From an uncultured Nitrososphaerota archaeon (GTDB lineage Archaea > Thermoproteota > Nitrososphaeria > Nitrososphaerales > Gagatemarchaeaceae), in contig OY969807.1 of assembly GCA_963703285.1 (NCBI GenBank), positions 384,001 through 448,000 of the forward strand: DNA of 64,000 nt, in the 5' to 3' direction. The notes under the pieces were generated by a model. It worked only from the letters and a program-made list of their open reading frames with translations, made no database searches and had not been told where the DNA came from. Position 1 is the first letter of the stretch; every line of letters starts with the position of its first letter. A program made the position numbers and the translations under genes. This document shows, piece by piece, positions 50,789 to 58,952 of this stretch.

Positions 50789-52129
50789 CTAGAATAGGTC
50801 GAGCTGGTTGTCCACTTCGTACTGTGTTACCTTGTCCGCCATCTGAGCGACCTCCTGCTCCTTGTTCCTGATGTACTCCGTGAAAAGCGGCTCGCCCATG
50901 GACTTCCTGAGGACCTCGTCCTTCTCGAGCGCCGCAAGAGCCTCGCTCAGTGAGCGCGGCATCAGTCTGAAACCCGCCTCCCTGATCTCCCTGTCGCTCA
51001 TGAAGGAGAGGTCGACGGTCAGGGGATCCCCGGGGTCCAGCCTCCTCTCGATGCCGTCAAGCCCCGCAGCGAGTATCGCGCCGAGCGCGAGGTAGGGGTT
51101 CATCGTCCCGTCGGGGAACCTGCACTCCAGCCTCGCCGCCTTCCCCCTCTCGTCGGGTATCCTGACCGCCGCCCCCCTAGCCCCGGCGCCGTAGACGGCG
51201 GCGTCGGCGTTCCACTTCCCGGGGAGCATCCGCCTGTACGAGTTCGGCATCGGGGCCGCGACGGCCGAGAGGCCGGGGAGGTGCTCGATGATCCCGCCTA
51301 TGAAGTGGTACGCCGTTGGGCTAAGCCCCATCTTCTTGTCCCCGGGTCTGTCGAAGAGGTTCCTCCCCGAGGAGCTCTGGAGGCTCATGTGAAGGTGCAT
51401 CCCGCTCCCCCACCAGTCGTGACCTATCTTGGGCATGAACGAGGCGATGAAGCCGTGCCTGCGCGCGACGGCCTTCGTCGCATCTTTGAAGTAGACGATG
51501 TCGTCGGCGGGCTTGATCCCCTCGCTGTGCTCTATGTCGAACTCCAGCTGACCTCGGCCTCCCTCGACATGGCCCTTGATGACCTGGACGTTCACCGAGC
51601 GGAGCGCCGCCACGAGATCTGTGATCAGCTCGTGGTGGACGTTGAAACCCTCCTGGCTGTGCGTGTAGAAGTTGTCGACGCGTAAGACCCGTCCCTCCTC
51701 CCTCCTCACCAGGTGAAACTCGCCCTCGAACCCGACGAAGAACCGGTACCCCCGGGCGGCCGCGCGCCCGAGGACGCGCCTGTAGTACGACCGCGCGCAC
51801 AGCTCGGAGACCCGTCCGTCCTTCTCGTGGACATCGCCGAGGAACCGCCCTATCCCGCTCAGGTAGCTGGGGATTGCGAACGTTTCTGGGTCCGCCACCA
51901 CCGCAAGGTCGCCCTGAGAGATGTTCATCGACGCTCCCCGCACCGGGTTGTCGTTGTGGCTGAACGCGAAGTTCCCCCGGGAGGTCTTTATCCCCTCGTC
52001 GAGGATCCTGTCGAGTTCCCCGATCGTCGCGGGTTTCATCCGCGCGATGCCCGTGAAGTCGACATAACCGACCCCCAACATGCTGAGCCCGTTCTCCTTG
52101 ATCGCCCGCCTGATCTCCGAGCGCTGCAA
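50789..52129 (-). CDS. Glutamine synthetase-like gamma-glutamyl ligase
   Basis: GFEGEF, E...GQLE, FMPK, GSGMHLHMS, NSYRR, RLECR..D..NPYL. Confidence 0.88.
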   Translation of the reverse strand: MQRSEIRRAIKENGLSMLGVGYVDFTGIARMKPATIGELDRILDEGIKTSRGNFAFSHNDNPVRGASMNISQGDLAVVADPETFAIPSYLSGIGRFLGDVHEKDGRVSELCARSYYRRVLGRAAARGYRFFVGFEGEFHLVRREEGRVLRVDNFYTHSQEGFNVHHELITDLVAALRSVNVQVIKGHVEGGRGQLEFDIEHSEGIKPADDIVYFKDATKAVARRHGFIASFMPKIGHDWWGSGMHLHMSLQSSSGRNLFDRPGDKKMGLSPTAYHFIGGIIEHLPGLSAVAAPMPNSYRRMLPGKWNADAAVYGAGARGAAVRIPDERGKAARLECRFPDGTMNPYLALGAILAAGLDGIERRLDPGDPLTVDLSFMSDREIREAGFRLMPRSLSEALAALEKDEVLRKSMGEPLFTEYIRNKEQEVAQMADKVTQYEVDNQLDLF

Positions 52130-52217
52130 AACGCCACGAGGCGCTGTCGTTCCGCTTTAAAAAGGGGCTTTGCGCCCTCTCCGCAGGACGCGACCTCCCT
52201 CCAGGCGGCCTGGCGCC

Positions 52218-54665
52218 TCAGTCTTTTCGCTGCTTACCCGCCGTCATGGCCGCGAAGACCGAATGTGCGGTCGTGGGAGCGCTGTCGGCCTCGGCGCCCG
52301 GCCTCACTCGCGCCAGCGCGTCGTTCAGGGCGTTGATGACGGCTGCGTACGACCCTATGGTGCCGCTCTCGCCCACACCCTTCACGCCGTTCAGCGTCAC
52401 CGTCGACGGGGTGACCCTGTGAAAGACCTCTATCTCCGGGCTCTCCACGGACGTCAGGAGCGAGTAGTCTCCTAGGTTGCACGTGAGGAGGTTGCCGCCC
52501 TCGTCATATGCGAGCTCCTCGAGGAGGCTTCCGCCTATGCCGTGGACGATGCCCCCGCGTATCTGGCCGTCGACTATGGTCTCGTTTATCATCCGTCCGC
52601 AGTCCTCCACGACGACGTACCTCGAGATCTTCTCCACCCTCCCCGAATCGGCGTCCAGGGTCAGCGCGCACAGGTGCACCCCGCTCGAGTAGCTCATCGA
52701 ACTGAGGGCGAACTTCGACTCGGCGGAGATGTCCATCCCTCCGGAGTCCTCGAGCACCTTCTCCAGCGTGGCAATCTGGGACCGTGGTTCGGTAGCCGTC
52801 ACGATGAATCCTCCCGCGAGGGAGAGGGACTTCGGCTCGACTCCCAGGGTCCTGGAGGCCCTCTCGAGGAGCTGGGCCCGCACTTTGCGTGCGGCGTCGA
52901 CGACCGCGCTTCCCCCCGTGGCCGCCGACCTGCTGCCGAAGGTCCCGATGCCGAAGGGGACGAGGTCGGTGTCCCCCCAGACCACCCTGACCCGCTCGAG
53001 GGGGACCCCTAGCTCCTCGGACGCCAGCTGTGCGAAGGCGGTCTCGTGCCCCTGCCCGTGGGGAGAAGAGCCCGTGAAGACGGTCACGTTGCCGGCGCTG
53101 TGCAGGACCACTCTGCCATACTCCGACAAGAAGGACAGGCCGCCTTCCCACGCGGAACCACCCTCCTCGCCCGTCCCGCCTCCCTCGCCAGAGGAATTCC
53201 AGGCCGACCCTCCTTCCTCTTTTGCGTCCGAGTCCTCCGATTCCTGCCACTGTCCAGAGTCCGAATCTCCACCGGCCTCCTGCTCTTCGCTGCTCCCGCG
53301 TAGGGAGATCCCTATCCCGGCTACGAGGGCATGGCCTGAACCCGCTCCCCGCCGGAAGAGAGAGTTGACCGTCTCACGCCACGTCAGGAGTTCATCGTAT
53401 CCGGACGACTTCACGAGGGTGTCCATGAGGGCCTGGTAGTCGACCCCGTCAGACCTCTCCGTCCCCACGACGTTCCTCCGCCTGAGTTCTATCGGGTCGA
53501 TACCGACCTTCTTGGCCATTATGTCCATCGCCCTCTCGATGAAGTAGCAGCCCTCCGGCAAGCCCGCGCCCCTCATCGGACCGATGGGCATCTTGTTCGT
53601 CACGTACGCCGTCACCGACAGGTCGAGGTTCGGGATGTCGTACGGCCCCGCCATGGTCTCCATCGACGCCGATGGCATGTGGACCTGCGTACCCGAGACC
53701 CCGACGTCGCACTCTATCGTTCCCTTCAGCGCGACGATCCTGCCGTCCCTGTCGCAGGCTAGGGTCACGTCGCAGTACTCGTCCCTCCCCGCCGCGCCTT
53801 CGAGGAACTCCTCCGTCCTCGTGGCGGTCCACTTGACCGTGCGCCCGGTCGACTTTGCGAACAGGCAAGCGAGGAGGGGCCACGGATAGGAGGGCCCTCC
53901 CTTGCTCCCGAAGCCCCCTCCCACGTCCACGACCCTGACGTGGAACTTCTTCTGCGGGAGACCCAGCTCTCCCGCAAGAACCCTCTGCAGTCCGTGCACT
54001 GACTGGAGCGTCGCACAGACCTCGAAGCGGTCGAGTCCCTTGTCGTAGCTCACTAGGACGCTGTGGGGCTCCATCGGCGCGGCTGCCTGGCGCCTGATGC
54101 CGAGCCTTCGGCTGATGACGTGGAGGGCTCTCGCGATCGCCTCTTCGGCGCGGCCACGCCGCTGCTGGTCGCTCTGCGAGACGTTGTCCTTCCAGTCGGA
54201 ATAAACCAGCATCCTCCCGCGTTTCGACTCCTCTATGGTAGAGACGGCGGGGAGCGCCTCGTACTCTACCTCGACCCGCTCGACGAGGTCCTCGACCGAG
54301 TACCTTTCTCTCGCCAGTATCGCGGCCACCGGCTCGCCCACGAACCTCACCTCCCCCACTGCCAGGTGGTAGCGCCTCGCCGGCCTCTGCTGGGGCCACG
54401 GATTCTGGATTACGGGGCGCACCTTCGCCTTCACGAGGTCCTCGCCGGTCAGGGATGCGATGAAGTCGGGGGAGGAACGAGCCCGGGAAAAGTCGATGCG
54501 CTTGATCCTGGCGTGCGGGTGGGGACTCAGAACCAGGCCCATGTATGCCTGGCCCTCAACGTTGACGTCGTCGAGGAAGCGAGCGGCTCCGGTGAAAAAC
54601 CTCGGGTCCTCGACCCTTCGTGGTACCTCCTCCCTCTTCTGCTCCGTGACGGCCCGTGTGATCAT
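52218..54665 (-). CDS. Xanthine dehydrogenase/CoxL-like molybdopterin large subunit
   Basis: R.ED.RF.TG, VGGGFGSK, RGAG, HGQGHET, GTFGSRS, KGVGE. Confidence 0.9.
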   Translation of the reverse strand: MITRAVTEQKREEVPRRVEDPRFFTGAARFLDDVNVEGQAYMGLVLSPHPHARIKRIDFSRARSSPDFIASLTGEDLVKAKVRPVIQNPWPQQRPARRYHLAVGEVRFVGEPVAAILARERYSVEDLVERVEVEYEALPAVSTIEESKRGRMLVYSDWKDNVSQSDQQRRGRAEEAIARALHVISRRLGIRRQAAAPMEPHSVLVSYDKGLDRFEVCATLQSVHGLQRVLAGELGLPQKKFHVRVVDVGGGFGSKGGPSYPWPLLACLFAKSTGRTVKWTATRTEEFLEGAAGRDEYCDVTLACDRDGRIVALKGTIECDVGVSGTQVHMPSASMETMAGPYDIPNLDLSVTAYVTNKMPIGPMRGAGLPEGCYFIERAMDIMAKKVGIDPIELRRRNVVGTERSDGVDYQALMDTLVKSSGYDELLTWRETVNSLFRRGAGSGHALVAGIGISLRGSSEEQEAGGDSDSGQWQESEDSDAKEEGGSAWNSSGEGGGTGEEGGSAWEGGLSFLSEYGRVVLHSAGNVTVFTGSSPHGQGHETAFAQLASEELGVPLERVRVVWGDTDLVPFGIGTFGSRSAATGGSAVVDAARKVRAQLLERASRTLGVEPKSLSLAGGFIVTATEPRSQIATLEKVLEDSGGMDISAESKFALSSMSYSSGVHLCALTLDADSGRVEKISRYVVVEDCGRMINETIVDGQIRGGIVHGIGGSLLEELAYDEGGNLLTCNLGDYSLLTSVESPEIEVFHRVTPSTVTLNGVKGVGESGTIGSYAAVINALNDALARVRPGAEADSAPTTAHSVFAAMTAGKQRKD

Positions 54666-54743
54666 CTTCAGTCAGCCGCTGCGTCGAGCGCGTCCCAGAA
54701 TAGGCTTTCGGCGCTCCCCGTCGTGACGCCGATCCCATCGGCC

Positions 54744-55304
54744 CTAGAGCTTCGCGCCGCAGCCGCCGCAGAACTTCGCGCCAGGGGAGTTCTCTGCCCC
54801 ACACGCGGAGCACTTCGACGGCCCGAGGGGCGCTCCGCAGTTGTTGCAGAACTTCCCGCCCCCGCTTTGCTGGCCGCACTGCGGGCAGATACCCGCACCC
54901 GCCTGGGCGCCCGTGACCGCTTTGGGCTCCGCCAGGGCCGCCGCGTCGGTCGAGCAGAGCGAGACGTCTGCCTTCCAGTCGTTGTCACACACGTACTTGC
55001 TGCACTTCGGGCACTGGTGGAGGTGCGCCGCAGACTCGGCGGTCGCCTTCTTCAGTGCGGCGTCGTGTTCCTTCGTCCATTCGGGCGTCTGGTAGGCCTG
55101 CCCCCCGAGCGCGCCGGCGAGGCTCGCCCTGCTCGAGAACATCGACCCGAACCTCGAGACGTCGTTGAAGACCGCCTTCTTCCTAGCTTCCTGGGAGGCG
55201 ACGAACGCCGACTCGAATCCCTTTCCGCAGGCTTCGCACTTGAAAATGAACTGAAAACCCTGTTCCGTGCTCTTGTCCTCCACGTTCGACCCTAGGGATT
55301 GCAC
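54744..55304 (-). CDS. Multi zinc-ribbon (double zinc ribbon) protein
   Basis: GFQF.F.CEAC plus several CxxC pairs. Confidence 0.8.
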   Translation of the reverse strand: MQSLGSNVEDKSTEQGFQFIFKCEACGKGFESAFVASQEARKKAVFNDVSRFGSMFSSRASLAGALGGQAYQTPEWTKEHDAALKKATAESAAHLHQCPKCSKYVCDNDWKADVSLCSTDAAALAEPKAVTGAQAGAGICPQCGQQSGGGKFCNNCGAPLGPSKCSACGAENSPGAKFCGGCGAKL

Positions 55305-55429
55305 GGGCCGAAGCGAGGTCGGCGGACTTTTAAGGCTTGGGACGGGCGCGGGTAACCACGACCTAGTGACGACCGGGTCCCAAACAATTGCGCGTGACGC
55401 TTAACTGCCAGAGTTTTCCAAGCAGAGCC

Positions 55430-55783
55430 ATGGCAAGCTTCGGGTTCCTGCTGACGGGCGGCCCGTATCAAACCGAGCGCTGGGAGACCGCGTGCAAGAT
55501 TGCTGACGCGGCTCTGGACCGGTCCGACAAGGTCACGTTCTTCCTCTTCCTCGACGGGGTCTACAACTGCCTCGGCACCCAGGTCTTCGCGATGATGGAG
55601 AAGCTCCCCATGGACTACTTCAAGGCGCTGCTGGCGAAGGGCGCCGTCATCTATGCCTGCGAGACGTGCTGCTACAACCGCGGGCTCGGCGAGGGGTCGA
55701 ACTTCTATCCGGGGGTCAAGATCGCAGGCGTGCCGACGGTAGCCGCGATGGCCAAGGACTGCGACAGGCTTCTGACCCTTTAG
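55430..55783 (+). CDS. dsrE: DsrE/TusD-like sulfur relay protein
   Basis: GPY, FLFLDGVY, ACETCC..RG. Confidence 0.85.
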   Translation: MASFGFLLTGGPYQTERWETACKIADAALDRSDKVTFFLFLDGVYNCLGTQVFAMMEKLPMDYFKALLAKGAVIYACETCCYNRGLGEGSNFYPGVKIAGVPTVAAMAKDCDRLLTL

Positions 55784-55795
55784 GAGAGATGAGCC

Positions 55796-56056
55796 TTGAC
55801 AGTGTACCTGATAGACGAACCCTTCGCCAAGACGGGCCTCGCGTACGCCGCGAACGACGCCGGGGCGCGCATCGTGCTCTTGCAGGACGCCGTGCACATG
55901 GCCCGGAGCGGCGCCATCCCGGGAAGCGTCTTCGCCCTCGCGGACGACGTCGCGAGGAGGGGGCTCACGGGCTCCATCAGCCCGAGCGTTCAGGTGATCG
56001 GGTACGACAAGCTCGTTGAGATGATGGAGGGCGACCGCGTGGTCTGCTTCCTCTAG
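55796..56056 (+). CDS. dsrH: DsrH/TusB-like protein
   Basis: LLQDAV, AL.DDV.RRG, IGY...VE. Confidence 0.85.
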   Translation: MTVYLIDEPFAKTGLAYAANDAGARIVLLQDAVHMARSGAIPGSVFALADDVARRGLTGSISPSVQVIGYDKLVEMMEGDRVVCFL

Positions 56057-56067
56057 CGGTGAGATGA

Positions 56068-56418
56068 TTGCCCAAGAACATCTTCGTCTCGTTCCTGCGC
56101 CCGCCCGTCGGCAGCATCTTCTTCGTCGAGGGATTGAGGGTGGCGGGCAGCCTCGTGAAGAGCGATGACCACAACAAGGTGGTCGTCGCGTTCCTGGGAA
56201 AGGGCGCGAGGTGCGCCCTCCGCGGCGTGGAGAGGTCGTACGCCGTCAAGTTCCAGGACCTTTTCCCAGCCGAAGCTGGCAAGAGGTTCTACGTCGAGGA
56301 GGAGTCTCTGAAGGAGGAAGGCATCGACCCAGGTCAGCTGGCGGATGACTTCGCCGTCGCCTCGAGGAGGGCACTGCAGGAGATGATGCTGAAGGCGGAC
56401 CAGTGCATAAGCTTCTAG
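56068..56418 (+). CDS. dsrF: DsrF/TusC-like protein
   Basis: PP.GS....EGLR.A, YVEEESL.E.G, AD..I.F. Confidence 0.8.
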   Translation: MPKNIFVSFLRPPVGSIFFVEGLRVAGSLVKSDDHNKVVVAFLGKGARCALRGVERSYAVKFQDLFPAEAGKRFYVEEESLKEEGIDPGQLADDFAVASRRALQEMMLKADQCISF

Positions 56419-56571
56419 AGTCGAGCCACAACTTCAGAGACCTGTTCCGGCTGATTCTCAACCCTCTCACCACCGAACTGCTTCATGACTTGAACTGCCG
56501 TCTAGACGAATGAAACAGACGTCCTTGCTGGGGGGTTATATCCGTCCTTGGTCTTACTCTAGGAACAAAAC

Positions 56572-57207
56572 GTGCAAGCGTCGAGGGAGAACCCCGGGAC
56601 GTTCGATTGTAGCATCTGTGGGGCGAAGTTCCTTCGTTCACGTCAGCTATGCGGTCACAGAGTCGGTAAACACAGCGGTCGTGTCCGTGCCAAGAATTCG
56701 TCGATTGTCCTAGATGAACTCTCGGAGATTCAAATCGGGTACCTTGCGACATTCCTAGATGGTGAGGGAGGAGTCCAGATCACTCGTTCGGAGAGGAAAG
56801 ACCGCGCATACAAAATCGCTCTCCACCCTACTGTCTACTTCACGAACACCTTTAGGCCCTCAATCGACGCATTGCACAACTGGATTAGATCAGGCACTCA
56901 GGTTGTCTCACGCACCCGTGATGGCCGCAAGGACACTCACGTCCTTCACGTGACTGGTATGAGAAACATCTTGCTCTTGCTGGAGGTGCTCGCTCCTTAC
57001 TTAATCATCAAATCTCGACAGGCAAGCGTGATGATGGAGTTTTGTCACAGCCGACTAGGCCACTACAGGGGCCAGGATCGACATTACACAGAAAGGGAGT
57101 TAGAACTATATAGCTGCCTGCATCGACTGAACGAAAGAGGTGTAACAAAGAACGCCAACGCACGGAAGTCTTACCAAGGCGGGGAAATGCGATACCGCAC
57201 CCTTTAG
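56572..57207 (+). CDS. Free-standing single-motif LAGLIDADG endonuclease with N-terminal C2H2-like zinc finger
   Basis: FDCSICGAKF.....LCGH...KH; GYLATFLDGEG; F.NT; PYLIIK..QA; TTATAT box at ~56536; lower GC than flanks. Confidence 0.88.
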   Translation: MQASRENPGTFDCSICGAKFLRSRQLCGHRVGKHSGRVRAKNSSIVLDELSEIQIGYLATFLDGEGGVQITRSERKDRAYKIALHPTVYFTNTFRPSIDALHNWIRSGTQVVSRTRDGRKDTHVLHVTGMRNILLLLEVLAPYLIIKSRQASVMMEFCHSRLGHYRGQDRHYTERELELYSCLHRLNERGVTKNANARKSYQGGEMRYRTL

Positions 57208-57338
57208 TCCGAGGTCAGACTCCAAAGATAGAAGGCAAGCCTAGGAAGGGAGCAATCCCCAAGGTAAGGAACCGCAAGACCTACATCAAGAGATTCACAC
57301 TCAAGCGAAAGCCAGGCCAGAATTGGCAGCGCACCTAG
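57152..57338 (+). CDS. rps30e: Ribosomal protein S30e, two exons (57152-57186 + 57206-57338), apparent ACG start
   Basis: Spliced product (M)[54 protein letters not shown] (55 aa) has the S30e signature HGSLxKAGKVRxQTPK; GAGGTG SD at 57137-57142. Confidence 0.93.
57187..57205 (+). other. 19-nt archaeal bulge-helix-bulge (BHB) intron in rps30e mRNA
   Basis: GGC|GGGG|AA^A|UGCG-AUAC-CGCA|CCCU|UU^A|GUC: 4-bp central helix, two 3-nt bulges, flanking helices; cutting after nt 2 of each bulge restores K-V-R in frame. Confidence 0.9.
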
Positions 57339-58927
57339 ATCGGGAGTTCACGGACCCCGAGAGGGCGGCGGTAAAGGACGTAGCATCCCAGGTCCTCCAG
57401 GGGAGGATACGGGGGAGGCCCCAGCTCGAGCGCGCGAAGCGGGAGGCCGCCGTCAACCACCACCTCTCGATGTACCTGTCCAACTCCTCGATCCTCCTCG
57501 CCCTCCCTGAAGCCGAGCGCTCCAGGTGGAGCGAGCTCCTCCGCATCCACCCCAGGAGGAGCGCCTCGGGGATAATCATCGTGACCGTCTTCTCCGCTCC
57601 CTTCGGCTGCCCTCACGGCACGTGCGTCTTCTGCCCCGGCGGGCCGCGGCTCGGCACCCCGCAGAGCTACATGCCGGATGGCCCGAGCCAGAGGATAGCG
57701 AAGGGCCTGAACTACGACCCCTATCTGCAGACCAGGCGCTCCCTGAAGAAGTACGCCGAGAAGGGGCACGAGACATCGAAGGCAGAGGCGATCATCGAGG
57801 GGGGAACGTTCATCGCCCTGCCGCAGGACTACCAGCTCCCCTTCGTCAAGAGCGTCTACGAGGGCCTCAACGGCGTCAGGTCCACCTCGCTCGAGGAGGC
57901 ACAGCGCAAGAACGAGTCTGCCTCGAGCAGGTGCGTCGGCCTGACCGTAGAGTCGAAGCCTGACTGGTGCAGGAGGGAGCACATCGACCAGATGCTCTCA
58001 TACGGCGTAACCCGCCTCGAGATCGGCGTCCAGAGCCTCCACGACGGTCCCCTCAGGGCGAGCAACCGCGGCCACACCGTGCAGGACTCCGCGGACGCCT
58101 TCCAGGTCGCCAGGGACGCGGGCCTGAAGATATGCGCGCACATGATGCCCGGGCTCCCGGAGTCGAACCCGAGCGATGACCTCCAGGACATGAGACGGCT
58201 GTTCGATGACGAGGCGTTCCGACCGGACATGTCAAAGCTCTACCCGACCCTCGTCGTGAGGGAGACGGCGCTCGCCAGGCTGGCCGAGTCGGGGCTCTAC
58301 CGACCGTACGACCTCGAGGAGGTTGTCGACCTTCTCGCCGAGATGAAGAGGTACGTCCCGAGGTGGCACAGGATCATGAGGATAATGAGGGAGATACCCG
58401 AGAAGGACATACGCGCCGGCCCCGACGCCGGAAACCTGCGGGAGCTCGTACTTCGTCGGGTCGAGGAACTCGGCTTCAGGTGCAACTGCATCAGATGCAG
58501 GGAGGTCGCCCTGGCCACCCCGCTCGACGCAGGCCCATCCGACCCCCAGTTAGTGACAACGGAGTACTCTGCCTCGGGAGGGGTGGAGACGTTTGCGTCC
58601 TTCGAGTATCCGGAGACGGGCGCCGTAGCCGCTTTCATCAGGATGAGGTCGCCCTCCGACCTGGCGCACAGGACCGAGGTGGACGGGTCGTGCATCGTCC
58701 GGGAGCTCAAGGTCTACGGAAGGGTCGTCTCGGTCGGCGAGAGGAACCAGGACGCCTGGCAGCACAGGGGGCTTGGGAAGGCCCTCTTGGGAGAGATGGA
58801 GAAGGTGGCCCGTGAACGCTTCGGCGCCAAGCGCATTCTTGTGATGAGCGCCGTCGGGACGAGAAACTACTACAGGAAGTTCGGCTACGAGAGGTGCGGC
58901 CCGTACATGAGCAAGCCGCTTCGTTAA
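57323..58927 (+). CDS. elp3: Elp3 radical SAM/GNAT tRNA U34 carboxymethyltransferase
   Basis: R..SG, CPHG.C.FCPGG, PQSY, GGTF, E.KPD, RELKVYG, QH.G.G. Confidence 0.96.
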   Translation: MAAHLDREFTDPERAAVKDVASQVLQGRIRGRPQLERAKREAAVNHHLSMYLSNSSILLALPEAERSRWSELLRIHPRRSASGIIIVTVFSAPFGCPHGTCVFCPGGPRLGTPQSYMPDGPSQRIAKGLNYDPYLQTRRSLKKYAEKGHETSKAEAIIEGGTFIALPQDYQLPFVKSVYEGLNGVRSTSLEEAQRKNESASSRCVGLTVESKPDWCRREHIDQMLSYGVTRLEIGVQSLHDGPLRASNRGHTVQDSADAFQVARDAGLKICAHMMPGLPESNPSDDLQDMRRLFDDEAFRPDMSKLYPTLVVRETALARLAESGLYRPYDLEEVVDLLAEMKRYVPRWHRIMRIMREIPEKDIRAGPDAGNLRELVLRRVEELGFRCNCIRCREVALATPLDAGPSDPQLVTTEYSASGGVETFASFEYPETGAVAAFIRMRSPSDLAHRTEVDGSCIVRELKVYGRVVSVGERNQDAWQHRGLGKALLGEMEKVARERFGAKRILVMSAVGTRNYYRKFGYERCGPYMSKPLR

Positions 58928-58952
58928 AAGCGCACGGATCCGACGGGTCCAC

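Noticed and set aside
56420-57190. LAGLIDADG gene as cargo of a large BHB or group I intron, or an intein
   Set aside because: No upstream exon or pairing junction found; it has its own TATA-like box and no intein terminal residues
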